From positions 7,719 through 71,718 of the forward strand of contig RHPI01003728.1 of NCBI GenBank assembly GCA_009103225.1: 64,000 bases of DNA, given 5' to 3'. The position numbers were made by a program, and so were the translations under genes. Below the pieces are notes generated by a model. It saw only the letters and a program-made list of their open reading frames with translations, made no database searches and was not told the origin of the DNA. This document shows positions 36,107 to 48,697 of the stretch, piece after piece. Within the stretch, counting starts at the first letter, position 1. Each line of letters starts with the position of its first letter. Origin of the DNA: Chlorokybus atmophyticus (lineage: Eukaryota; Plantae; Mesostigma and Chlorokybus algae).

Positions 36107-38955
36107 ATGGGCGGCAAGCGCAAGCCTGCTGCGGGCAAAGAAGCCGGTGCTGCTCCGTCAGGCAGGCGGCGCAATGGCAAGGCGCCATTGCAGGCAGACA
36201 CGGACCCTGCTGCTGCTGCTGGTGCTGCTGCTGCTGGTGTTGACCAGCCTGACAGTGGCAATGAAGGCGCTGAGGATCAGCTGCCAGTCGACGGCGCCGG
36301 GACGTCACGTAGTGCCCCCAAGCGCGGCAGAGCAGTATGTGTGCCTGTTTTCTGTGCATGTTCGCCATGTCCTACCTCTGTCTCAGCTGCTGTGCACTCT
36401 CATCTCATGCTGTTGCCCTGCACTACTGCGTGTGTGTGTATGTGTGTATGTGTGTGTGTGTGAGACTACTGTACCTCTAAACCGCTCGTCGTCCTATATC
36501 GCCCACCTCATACAACATGCTTTGTGAGCTTGGTGTGCCTCGACATTCTTAGGCATGCTCTGCATGCTGATGCCCTGCAGGACTGCAGCTCGCAAGTAAA
36601 CCTTTAGTCTTTGTCCCATGTTGAATTATCACATTGTAATTGGTGCGCAATCTGCAGTCAATCTCAAATGCTGTTGACGAACGTGGAATGACCCAACGGC
36701 GCCGCAACATGGAAGCCATTGCGCAGCGCCGCGCAGCACACTTTGCACGAATGGTTGATGACTCTGCTGCACCCAGTCAAGCAGCTGCTCCTTCCACCTC
36801 GCCAGTTGACAAACCGGAGGAAGACTGGCCAGGTGCAGACCAACCGCATGTTTGCACCAAAACGCACTACGTGCGTTGCTGCACAAGTCATTGCTTTGTA
36901 CTGGTGGCGCAACGCATGCTCAAAGCACTTGCATATCTCCTGGCAGGCCCATTCTCGACAGCACGTCAGCTTGTGCAAGGACGCGCAGCGGCAGCAGCCG
37001 CACGAGAACAGAGCTCTATTCCTGCAGCAGACTCTGGGGATGCGCGCTTTACGGTGGAGTGGAAACCTCGCGAGCATATAACAAAACGCTTCAAACTAAA
37101 AAGCGTTCCAACGCTGTTAGACATGTGTGTCCTGTTGCTGGCCGATCATGTCGAGGACATCTCAACCCTTGCTTTTGTTCCAGACAGTGCTCGCCGCAAG
37201 CTATGCACTGCGCTATGCGCGTAAGTCACACCTGATGCATGCTCATGCTGTGCTTTGCTTGCGTGTGGCATTCTGTCGTGGATTGGCTTTGAAAATGCTT
37301 GCACGGTAACCAGGGCTTTTGTGCAGTGGGCGACGCATGAGCGCTGAAGCGCTACAGGTGTTGAGTGCGGGAGAGCCGTCAGAACTTGTTGTTCCAGATT
37401 GCTCCTTGGTTCCAGAGGATGCTTTGACCCCTGCGTTGGCGGCGGCTGTCACCCGCGATCTGGAGGTGTGCTCATCAAATACGGTGAAGTTTGTTGTGTG
37501 ATGGCTCGTGGCCCTGATTCTATACTCCAATATCAGGTCCTATCCTTGGGGTACTGTGGTCGTGGCCTGTCGGATGCAGGCGTGTTGGCAACTGTGGGCC
37601 GCGAACCAGGTTGCCTCCCGCGCCTGCACACGCTCACCTTCCGCGGTGCATATCGGCTGTCTGACAAGGGCCTTGCTGCTGCCCTGCAGGTAGAGCACTT
37701 GCTGGCAACACAGCAGATTGTGGTGATACTGATACCCACTGATGCAGGGCGCACCAAACCTTACCTCGTTAGAACTCTCTGACAGCAATCGCCTGACTGG
37801 CGAAGCTCTGTCAACTGTGGTGTCTATCGTCGGCTCGTCATTGAAGTCACTCTGCTTGGACGGCTGCTGCCAGCTATCTACCAGCAAGATGATTGAATGC
37901 CTCACCAAACTGCCCAACCTGACACGTCTCTCACTCCAGGTTGGCCTACTATATTTGATAGTTGCTAGCTCCATCAAGGAGGGCACTTGTTTGGACTGGT
38001 GCACGTCGACCTAACAAATGTACCTGGCCATGTCATAACAGAGCATTAATGGAGTGACAAACGATGTTGTCCGGGAAGTTGCAGTCACGAGAGCCGGGGG
38101 GCTCATTGAGCTGCGTCTCAACCGTTGCAGGTGCTTTGCCTCTGCGCACATGTGTGGTAACGAGATTTGCTGGCGTGCTGACAAGGCATGCTTGCATAGT
38201 GGGTTGACAGACCAGGCTGCGTCCGCATTAGCTGCTTGTTGTCCCAACTTGCAACTGTTGGAGCTGGATGAAGTCAACATCACGGATGAGACTCTTGCAC
38301 TGTTATCAACTGGATGCCGCAATCTGCAAACTATTTCATTCAGAAAATGCCGGGAGCTCAGGTATGGTCTGTTTTCATAGCCTTGGTTTGCATCATGCAT
38401 TGCTGTGTGCTGACTGACACATTTGTGTTTCCAAAGTGATACGGCGTTTGCTTCCTATGTAACTGCTGCCGGTGCAAGTTTACGGCATCTTAGCTTGAAT
38501 TCCGTAGTGAAGGTGAGTGTCGCTCTGGTCACTCAGCATGTAATCTGTGGTTGTTGCATGTTGTCCAGTCCGTTGAGCAGCATGCCAGCTGTCGTCTGCA
38601 AGACTAACTGTGAGACACATTGATACCCGCAGATTGGAGATCTATCGCTGCATGCGCTGGCCATGCGAGCTTGCGATAGCCTGGCCACGCTGGACCTGGG
38701 TTGGTGCCGGTCAATAACAGATGCTGGCCTCGGCTACCTGGTGGATACTTGCCAGAATCTGCGCGAGTTGCGCGTCTTTGGCTGCGCCCAAGTGAGTGCT
38801 GCAACTGCTGGGCATGTTGTGGACATACACGCAAGACATGCGCGGGGTATGGAAAACAGTACTGATGCTTGCACTGTCAGATTACGCAAGTGTTTCTTGA
38901 TGGACATTCAAATGACAACCTGGAAGTGCTCGGAAGGGGAGATGATAGGTATTGA
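36107..38955 (+). CDS. RAD7: RAD7-like leucine-rich-repeat protein (nucleotide excision repair / Elongin-C adaptor family)
   Basis: DWPG|PFSTA motif; BC-box-like SVPTLLDMCVLLLADHVEDISTLAFVPDSARRKL; RNI-like LRRs (LDLGWCRSITDAGLGYLVD); C-terminus ITQVFLDGHSN. Confidence 0.85.
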
Positions 38956-40236
38956 AGGGCCTTGTATTGGCCCATGTGGATAGCGTCGTTAGTTTGTATT
39001 GTACTTGCTGTACTGTTAGAGTTGAAGGGCTCAGGTTTAGTGGACACAATCTGTGTCTTGACAATACTCAGATGTCTCTCTTATGCTGTTATGTAGGAGG
39101 AACAAGCAAAACTGAAAACAAGCAGACTCTGTTGGGTACATGCAGATACAGGTTGTGCCGCTGGTTGTGCTGTCTGCGCCCCACCGGTCATGGAGTGAAG
39201 GGTTGAGCATGCTGCAGTGGTAGGGGTGAAGGCGAGGCAGGTGTGGTACTTGGACAGTGCTGTCATTGGGTTTGGCTAACAGTTGTGCAAACTGAGCAGC
39301 TTGCGGGTGCCAGCGCTCCTAGGCAATGTGAATACATAATAATTTCTAGCTGCGTACATAGATCTCAGCGGCTGTAGCCACAGAGGGTGCGTTTTGCTGT
39401 GCATGATCGCACAACAGCCCTGTGGGCAGGTAACACCATGTCAACATGCATGCATGGCTAACGGGGACGGGCGGTAGTGTCATAGTGATAGTGGTTAGCC
39501 CGGTAGTGATGGTGTACAACTTGATAAACTGAATTGGTAGTGTGCATGTGAGTGTTGGTGTGCATGTGGCATATGTATGCGTGTGTCTCACACAGCACTT
39601 CACATACCCTATACACTCATATCCAGACACCCTGCTTAGGGTATAGGCAAACATCATGCAACACTCTATGCCAAGCTCAAAACACAAAGTACAACATCTA
39701 GAGCACAACGTGTTATTCCCGCACCACCACCTCTAGGCTACAGGGGCTTTCTCCAGGCTAGTCTACCTGAATGCATTGTAAGTGCAAGAGCGAGGGCAGG
39801 CAGATGTAATAGGCATGGATGACAGTACGTAGCTATGTGTGACGATGTTGCTGTACTAGTAATGAGAGAGGCAGAGGGGAGGAGAGGAGTGGAGAGGAAA
39901 GAGGGTTGGCGTGGTGGCGGGTGTGACGGGTGGACGTGTGTGCAGTGTGTGTGGCGTGCAGCGCGTGCGTGCTCTCCCCCCCCCTGCTTGTGTGCAATTG
40001 CCGTATGTCCACATAACTGACATTGACCGTGAGTGCTCCAAGACTGATATGGGCAACATTGTTACTGGTTGTTGCCGCAAAATCTAGCAAGCTTCCCAGT
40101 ACTGCTCCACAGCACCGTTGGCGTGCATGGTTTGGCAACATATAGCCTACTTGTTGAATAGCTCAGCAAAATGCATCCTCTTTCATACCGCATACAATTC
40201 AGATGGTTGACATTGAACATAAAATATACTGTGTAG

Positions 40237-41945
40237 CTATTGTTGCTTGCACTCAACATCGCCATCCTGCGTCGGTTTGATGGCTTTCATCTTCTGCACT
40301 TCTCTCAGCTCCTCTGCCTCGACTTGGAGCACTTTGGGTGGTTTGCCATACTGTCAATCGTTGCAAGTTTAGTCACCACCAGTAGGACACAATTATGTAC
40401 AAGATGCAACAGCTGTGCAGCTAACCAACGTGCACCCACAATACGCACTTGCAAAACATCAGGAGCTCCTGACAGCAACACTGACCGTAACAATGAGCGT
40501 ATTGTTTGCATGCTGCCAACTCAAAGCCTTCTCTTCCAGGGGAAGATGCAGGTTGTCCAACTCTGGTATATTGAAGCGCTTGAAGTACCTGCATGGCCAT
40601 CATCAAATCAAGTCTTTCACTTGCGGCCCATGTGTACAAACACACTGATGCTGCACAAACGACAACGTTTGTGCTTATCTCGCCTCTTACTTCTTGTTGA
40701 ATGTCCGGATCACTATCCTCCTGTCGGTGCTCTCCATGGTGACTGAGTACGTCTCCAGTGGGTATGGCAAGTTACGTATCTGCAACGAAGAGTGGACGCA
40801 GCATGTGTTCGGTTAAGAGATATGAGGCAACCTTGTCGGGTGTTTGCCCTTCCCCTACCCACCCACCCAACACACCCATCCCTACCCAACCACCCACAAA
40901 AGGTGCTCTGCTCACCCGCCACTGGAATGCTCGAGGAACATCTTTTCTCTCGAAGGTGGGCTGCAAGTATAAGCACAGACCAGCAATGATTACCACTGTG
41001 CACACAGACGTAGAGCTCCAAAGTGTCAACTTGCAGTAGCAGCAGCAGCACGCAGCGCGGCCCTACCTATGTGCACACCTACCGAGCTGGTGCTTTCAGT
41101 CAGAGCATCGACGTCGGGCCTGAATTTGCGCTGAGCTTCGCCTCCAATCTCAAACACCCACTTGTTCTCACCGCCAAGCACGGTGCGCTGCCGGCGCTTG
41201 CGCACTGCCAAAAGTCGCATGAGTTTGTACACATGCTATGAACAGAGTCAGTTGACCTACCTATCAACTCGTTTGTTTGCAGGTCGAACTCTTCTGCCTG
41301 CAAGGGGAGGGAGACAGGGTTGAACTCAGCACGCTTGGCAATACCCCGGACGAACATGAATTCGTGTTCCGTGCGTGCGTGCGCGTGCGCGTGAATGTGC
41401 GTGCGTGGGTGTGGTATGTACTGCTTCTCTCTCTTTGCACAGTCACACATGACTCGTTGCCCGGATAGCATCAACATCTCACACGACGTATGCTTGCAAG
41501 GTGTGCATGATTGTGAGGGTGGGTAAGTGATAGCGCCGCACTTGAAACTACTATGCAACACAGCCCCTCAACAGCTCGCTGTCCTCAGCACATGTCTGAC
41601 AGCCATGCATGCCTGAAGCTTTGTTTCATTCACGAACAATGCTGGAAGGGCCACCACTGCAACCTCGGCTTTAGTAATTGAAGCCAGCATTGCGTACCCT
41701 TTGAAGGCACACATGCTGTTTCAAGTTGCTGTCATGCATGCCAGAACCACAATACGGTAACCGTGTGCGCCGCATTGTAAACCAGCATCAAAGACTCCTG
41801 CATGCTATACTTCTGTGCACGCACATTTGCATGTTGCACGTGCATGCCTGCGTGTGCGTGTGTGTGCGTATGCAGGTGCGCGGTGGAGTGCATGCGCGTA
41901 CCTATATGTGTGCGCGGGAGTGCGCATTTTTTTTGGGGGGGGGGT

Positions 41946-41981
<36 letters not shown>

Positions 41982-42706
41982 NAGGCAGGTGTATCAGTTG
42001 CTTGTAGGCTCATGTAGTGGCGCGGACAGGATTTGACGGGCCGCTTCATAAGGTTTGTATAGGATGCCAACTATAAGTACGGCAGAAGAGTGTGCATAAA
42101 GTAGGCGCATCAGGTCTTTAGGTTGTGTATGCTGTCATTGGACAGCCGTTGCCTTCTATGTATTAGTGCAGTTGGAGACGTCGACATCCGGTTGAGTTTA
42201 GGCAGTAGTAGCCTCTTGGCGTAGTTGTATAGTTGTACACTGTGATAGACTGTTGTGTAACATCTCCTTCATTTCCTTTTGTTGCACATGTGATCAGTCT
42301 GTGTTTCCTTAGTATGCACTGTGTTGTCCCCTCCCATACTTCTACCTGATATCCGCATTGTTGGCTTGCACAGGATATGTGTTGCAGATATTGGTTGTGG
42401 GGGGGTGGTTCCCACTGCACCATCCTCAACAGGAATAGATGCTGGTACTTGCTACACAGACTGTAGCATGCTCTCCAGAGGCCAGCGGCAATGCAGGCAG
42501 CTAACATGCTGTTACCCGAAGTTAACGCAGCACTACATACATCATTATTGAGTGGATGCTGTCAACTGATGCTTAGCTATACCACCGAAGTTCCTGCCAA
42601 TCTGGTCTCTCACCATCTCAGAGCCATCGTCCCAGGTAGTGTGCACGTTCTTCCTGCCCCCAGCGATGATTGCCGTGGACTTGCCTCCCGCCCGCCTGCT
42701 CGCCAT
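40237..42706 (-). CDS. DPCD: DPCD family protein (deleted in primary ciliary dyskinesia)
   Basis: Spliced translation KSTAIIAGGRKNVHTTWDDGSEM|AEEFDLQTNELI...PTFERKDVPRAFQWR|IRNLPYPLETYSV...KYFKRFNIPELD...LSWQHANNTLIV...DGDVECKQQ* is colinear with the DPCD family as recalled. Confidence 0.92.
41983..42399 (+). repeat. 417-bp copy of 47262-47678
   Basis: Appears identical by eye; starts immediately after the single N at 41982 and ends in a G run. Confidence 0.9.
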
Positions 42707-43471
42707 TACTGCAGCAGCCTCCTTGACCCGACCCACTGTACTTCAACAACAAACGCCACCCTTCCGCCGCCGCCAACGACAACCACGACGACAACAGCTG
42801 CAAGCAGCTAACTACCCAGTGTCGGCGTATCACACGCCGCGCATGACCCATGCATCGATGGACGCCGCGCATAACCATGCCAGCGTGGACAGTCGATGGT
42901 CGATGGGACTGCAACTTGCATGTCAAAAGCCGACACCAGTGGCCATGTATTCACTTTTCACCTTTTAGACAGCTAAGCGAGCTGTACGCGCAGGCCGCCA
43001 CGTGGCAGTCGCCGCGGCGGCGGTCGAGGACGAGGACGAGGACGAGGATTGTTACAAGGAGTCCTGTGTGGACTAGAAGAGGACGCAACCGCTAGCTAGC
43101 TTGTACAGTACGCTGGCAGTCAGCAAGAGGTGGGCGGCGGCGGTGGCGGTGGCGGCCTTGTTGGTGACGGTGTGGCTGGCGTCCTGCGGCATGCCACCGC
43201 CGCCGTCAGCAGCCAGCATTGTGGCTCCCTTGATCATAGCTTAGCGGAGTCTGTCTTTTTGGTTGATTGGCTGTAGTGTAGCATACATCTAGTAGTTCAG
43301 CTGTAGACAGCACGCCTGTCACGTCGCTCATCAACGCAGGCGGGGTGGCGATTGTTGTCGGTGTCGGTGTAGTTGCTGTATATAGGGGTCAGCGTCTCAG
43401 TGCACGAGGAGGACGGCATTCAGCTTGTTTGGTACTATCACGTTTCAGCAGCTGTCGCCTGACGCTCAGCA

Positions 43472-46400
43472 ATGGCTGTGGGCGATCCTGCCGCCCGCCG
43501 CTTCAGCAACCGCTGCAAGCTGTTTGTGGGCAATCTGCATGCGGATGTCATTGAAGGTAAGGGTTGCTAGTGATCTCCGTTTTCCGTCGCATTGTGTTTG
43601 GAAAGGATCCCTGAGTTGTACAGCTATGGCTATAGGCTGTTGACAGAGACCCACCATATAGCTCAGGGATCAATGCAATGAAGGTTAGGTGTTGGTAACA
43701 CCATTTATAGCCCGCTGTGTGCATATTCTGTGCCGGCCTTTAGACTGCAGTGTGTTGTGGTTCAGCAGCATCGGTTGCCATAAGATCTGCAGCTTCACCA
43801 ACCCTGCAACGGATCAAGGAGTTGGTCAAGTTTACGGGCTTGTAGGCATGATGTTGTGAGGAGTCGTCCCAGCAGTGGGTGTATGACTAGGTACAAATGG
43901 CAACTGTTGAACTTAGCTGAGCATGTCTACGGCTCGTTACATGCTCGCTGGCTGCAGTGTTGTGAGTGTCTCCAGTTTGCTTGCAAAGTTTTGTCTTTTC
44001 AACGTACATTGCCCACGCCGGTGTTGTGCTCAATGCGTCACGCTTCTACTCTTGCAGCCAACCTTGTGTGGGTCACACCTTGCGCTCTGGAGCATCTCGG
44101 CAGTCTGTTATGCAAGCTGAGTTTGTGCTTGCATACACAGATGATCTGCGTAGCTTGTTTGGAAAGTATGGGGAGATAGGCGAGTGCATTATCCAGCGTA
44201 AAGAGGGCGGCCAGTCCAGAGGATTTGGTTTTGTAAAACTTGACTACGCCAGCAATGCTGAAAAGGTATGCTAGCTACCTGAGTGGTTTAGGCTCAGTGC
44301 GCTACAGATGAACTCAGGAGAAACGTAAGCAGCCCGAAGCTGGTCCTGAGTCCTGTTGTCTGTGACATCTCTGGTCTTGATGATATTAATCTGACCTTTT
44401 CAGTTAGTGCTGCTAAAATTCCAATTTTGTCCTGACAGGCAAAATCAGAGATGTCCGGCAAGATCTTTCGCGGTATGTCACATACCGTATTTGCTGCTGC
44501 AAGCATGAAAGCACATACGGCTGACCCAGTGTAGCAAATTCATGTTGGTCAATTTGCGCTGGCAGGACGCAGCTTGGTGGTCAAGTCTGCTGTTAGCAAC
44601 ACCGTCTTGTGGGTTGGCAACCTGGGACCAACAGTCACCAACGAAGTTCTGGCTGTGAGTGCGCAAAGGATGCAACAGCTGTCATTTGCGTTGCTCGGAT
44701 GACTGCCGCATTTTGTGGGCGCCGCCAAAAAGGATGTGGGCCTGTCTGCGTGCAGCACCAACTGTTGCACGGTGGACACAACAGTCATACGAACTTGTGC
44801 TTACAGACCATGTTGGTCGTGTGCAGCACGCATTCTCTCAGTTTGGTGAGTTGGAGCGCGCGGTTGCCGTGGTTGACCCATTGACGAAGAGGTAATGCAC
44901 CTTCTGCCAATTGCAAAGTACCATCTGCAACTGCGTGATGATAACCAGCGTTTTTCGGTTGGACAGATCGCGCGGATATGGTTTTGTTGAGTTCAGCAAA
45001 CATGGCGTGGCAGCTCGTGTACTGCAGGTGCAGAGGTTGCACTGGTCATGCACAGCACTTTGCGAGTTGCAAACCAAGCGTGCATCAATCATGGGCTGAG
45101 CACATGTCCACGTTCTGTTGTCAAGCTTCATGACATTCTTGCCGTTGTTCAACATAGTATAATGCCTTTCCTGATGCAGATGCTGATTGAGAAGCCTTTC
45201 CTAATTGGCGGTTGGCCGCGCCCAGTGCGCATAGACTGGGCGCATGTTGAGGATGATCAGGCAAGTTTGCTGGCTTGCACATCATTCCACATTACATTGG
45301 CTTTGCAAATTACATGCAATTGCGTCAACCAGTGCTGCGACTTGACATGTACACCCGCTCTTTGCAGGAAGGGCTTTCTGAGCGTGAACTGAACCCAGGA
45401 CAGCCGCGGGATGCGGAGAGCTTGGTGCGTGCGAGATTGTGAAGCTTTTGCTCCATGCATACTACCTGTGCTGATTTGTTCTCCTGTGCATTGCAGCCAA
45501 AGCCACACTTTGCTCAACCAGGGACGCTTGAATTTGAGTTTGCCGTACGCTGGACAGATCTCGCTGCAAAGCACCGACTTGAAAAAGCCAGACTAAAAGA
45601 GGTTATTGGCGTGCTTGTTGCAAAGTACAATGAAACTACAATGATATGCCAATGAAGTACGAGTGCATGCCACAAGAGCGCTTGCTAGGCTGAGAGATGA
45701 ACACAACATGAGCAGGCGCAGCAGCAAGAAGTTGAATATCTGTTTAGACAACATGAGGCGGCTTTTGAGGAGCTTCGCCGCAATGGAGATCGCGACGAGT
45801 GGAGGTTGGTTGGGCACTCTGGGTTTGTCTTGTATCACGCACGCACTGCATGTTGTTTGGTGCAGGGTGTGATGGTTGTTTGTTCACAGCAGGTTGTTGG
45901 AGGCCAGGCGCACCTTGTATGACCAGCAGCAGCGTTTCGTTGATCGCAGATCTTTTGAAGCAAGACAGGTATTTGCATTGTGTGGCATCCACTCGTTGGC
46001 AGCACACATACAGTAGAGTTGTGGTCTTGGGCAGCACCTCCCATGCAACACGCTCATCTGGAGTTCTAGCTGTCAATTGACAATGCTCATGCTCATCCAG
46101 CCATTTACTTGACAGGAACTTGAGACGCGCTTGCCAGATAGTCTCTTTCCTTATGCAGAGGGAAGCCCTTCGCATGACCCGCTTCATGTAGGTCTCCTTG
46201 CTTGTAGACGCCCTTCACATGTCCATATAGTTGCAAAGCAGCATGTGCTGGCCCGCATGCTGGCGCTCATTAAACTGTGCATGTTGGAACAGAGACAACT
46301 GCCGCCATTGGCTCCTGGTGTTCCTCTCCGCCAAGAAATTCGTCGTCCTGGCCTGGAGTACTCCAGAATGCTTGGGGGGCGCACTGCGGACTTTCTTAGG

Positions 46401-46841
46401 GGACGCACGCCGGATCACAGAGGGCGCAGCCCCGAAGCAAACTCCATGCGAAGCCCCTCGCGCAACCACGTCAATGGCATGGACGCTCGCGAGCACAGCC
46501 CCATGGATAGTCTGGTGGCCATGAGCGCAGCGATCGGTGGTGAATGGGTGCAGCGTGCCCCTGGCCCTAGCAATGGAGGGGATGGTTTCATAGACGAGGG
46601 ATATGGTTCTCGCGATGAGCTCATGCGATCTGTAAGCACTGAAATGTACGCGGAGGCTCCACGCCAGGCTGCCGAGGTTGAGCATGCAGGCAATTTGCTC
46701 ATGGGTCTCGGGGACACGGGTGTTGCCCTGGCAAGGCGCAGCATGTTTGGTCTGCCCGCTGACATTCAGGACAGCAACCCACAAATGGTAAGCATTCGCC
46801 GCAGCAACCCACAACAGAAAGGCTTTGGCGATATTGTGTAG
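43472..46841 (+). CDS. DBHS-family (NONO/SFPQ/PSPC1-like) RNA-binding protein: RRM1-RRM2-NOPS-coiled coil
   Basis: Spliced exons give RRFSNRCKLFVGNLHADVIEDDLRSLFGKYGE...GFGFVKL...AKSEMSGKIFRGRSLVVK...[33 protein letters not shown]...GFVEFS...FLIGGWPRPVRID...DDQEGLSE...PKPHFAQPGTLEFEFAVRWTDL. Confidence 0.88.
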
Positions 46842-48037
46842 TCTTGCAATTTCAGCACTCAGTTTGCCTGTCCTTGGTGCAGCTTGAAGGAAGCCTGTAT
46901 GGCGGCCCCATCAGAGGGCGCCCAATACATGCATCGGGTCGACACAATGCCCAAGTGAGTCATCACATGTAATTACATGTGAATCGCAATCTGCACATCT
47001 GTTAATTGATTAAGCTTGGTTCCCATTTTGCGTGCCACTGTTAGTGGCATTTATCCTCAATGAAGACAACAAGAGTGCTTCGTTAATGATGTTTTAACCT
47101 GCAGTTATGTGTTTTTTTGCTTTGCAGGGCAACTGGCCTTTCTGAGCACATCTGTCATGGACATGTCTGCGTGTACAAAGAGCAGTAGTTTCTTCCCCAT
47201 TCCCCATATGGCTTGATGATGGCCCAAGGCCGGCATCTTGCTTTGTCTTCTTTTGTTTTTGAGGCAGGTGTATCAGTTGCTTGTAGGCTCATGTAGTGGC
47301 GCGGACAGGATTTGACGGGCCGCTTCATAAGGTTTGTATAGGATGCCAACTATAAGTACGGCAGAAGAGTGTGCATAAAGTAGGCGCATCAGGTCTTTAG
47401 GTTGTGTATGCTGTCATTGGACAGCCGTTGCCTTCTATGTATTAGTGCAGTTGGAGACGTCGACATCCGGTTGAGTTTAGGCAGTAGTAGCCTCTTGGCG
47501 TAGTTGTATAGTTGTACACTGTGATAGACTGTTGTGTAACATCTCCTTCATTTCCTTTTGTTGCACATGTGATCAGTCTGTGTTTCCTTAGTATGCACTG
47601 TGTTGTCCCCTCCCATACTTCTACCTGATATCCGCATTGTTGGCTTGCACAGGATATGTGTTGCAGATATTGGTTGTGCTGCTGTTGCAAACAGCCGCAG
47701 CAGCCATGCCAAATACGGAATGCAGGTACAATCTCAACAAGTAGCACTCAGTGCATGCTGCATTGGCCTTCCGGACTTGTGCACATCAAGGCAGGAGTGC
47801 ATGCGGGATGTGCTCATAAGGCTGCCAACGTGCAGACCGTTTGTCGCGTGCGGTGAAGAGTAAAATAAAGGTAGGTATGTGCAGGGGCAGCCAGGTATAT
47901 CAACAGCTGAGTTAAGCATGCTACCGTAGGGAATTTGAGACGTTCTTGGACTTTACGACTGTAACGTCACAGTTGGGTTATGGCGAACATGTGTATACAT
48001 TACACGGTGCAAATGGATCCTCTGCCCGTGCCCCCCC

Positions 48038-48197
48038 NNNNNNNNNNNNNNNNNNNNNNNNNNNNNNNNNNNNNNNNNNNNNNNNNNNNNNNNNNNNNNN
48101 NNNNNNNNNNNNNNNNNNNNNNNNNNNNNNNNNNNNNNNNNNNNNNNNNNNNNNNNNNNNNNNNNNNNNNNNNNNNNNNNNNNNNNNNNNNNNNNNN
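48038..48197. other. Assembly gap flanked by poly-C tracts
   Basis: N run between C homopolymers. Confidence 1.
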
Positions 48198-48229
<32 letters not shown>

Positions 48230-48697
48230 CCCACACACACACAACGCTCGCCAACTCTCTGGTCTGTTGCTAATGCATGGAGTTCTAGTGAAGCGGGCTC
48301 CCACCCTAGCCTCTGTCGTCTTGTTGTGGTGGTGTGAGTTACAGAATCATCAATCATCAATCTTGTAAGTCATCAATCTCTTTAGGAAGGCTAAATACCC
48401 AGGCTATACCCAGGCTATATCCACATCTGTTGTGTACTATACTATACATCGGTGTGTGCACACGACGCATGCAAGGTAGACTGGTTGCAAGCGCATGGAG
48501 TAGGCCTGTTTCCCTGGAATGTGCATGACCGTGTACAAGGGAGAGCACCATAGCACGCTACACACAACCAGGTAAATATGCATATACACTGGCTCTTCGC
48601 TAGAATGCTTCAGCTATCGCACGCCACATTGCCACTTGCAGCACTGTTGCATAAGTGATGACATATGTACAAGCTATTTACAACTATTTACAACTAC

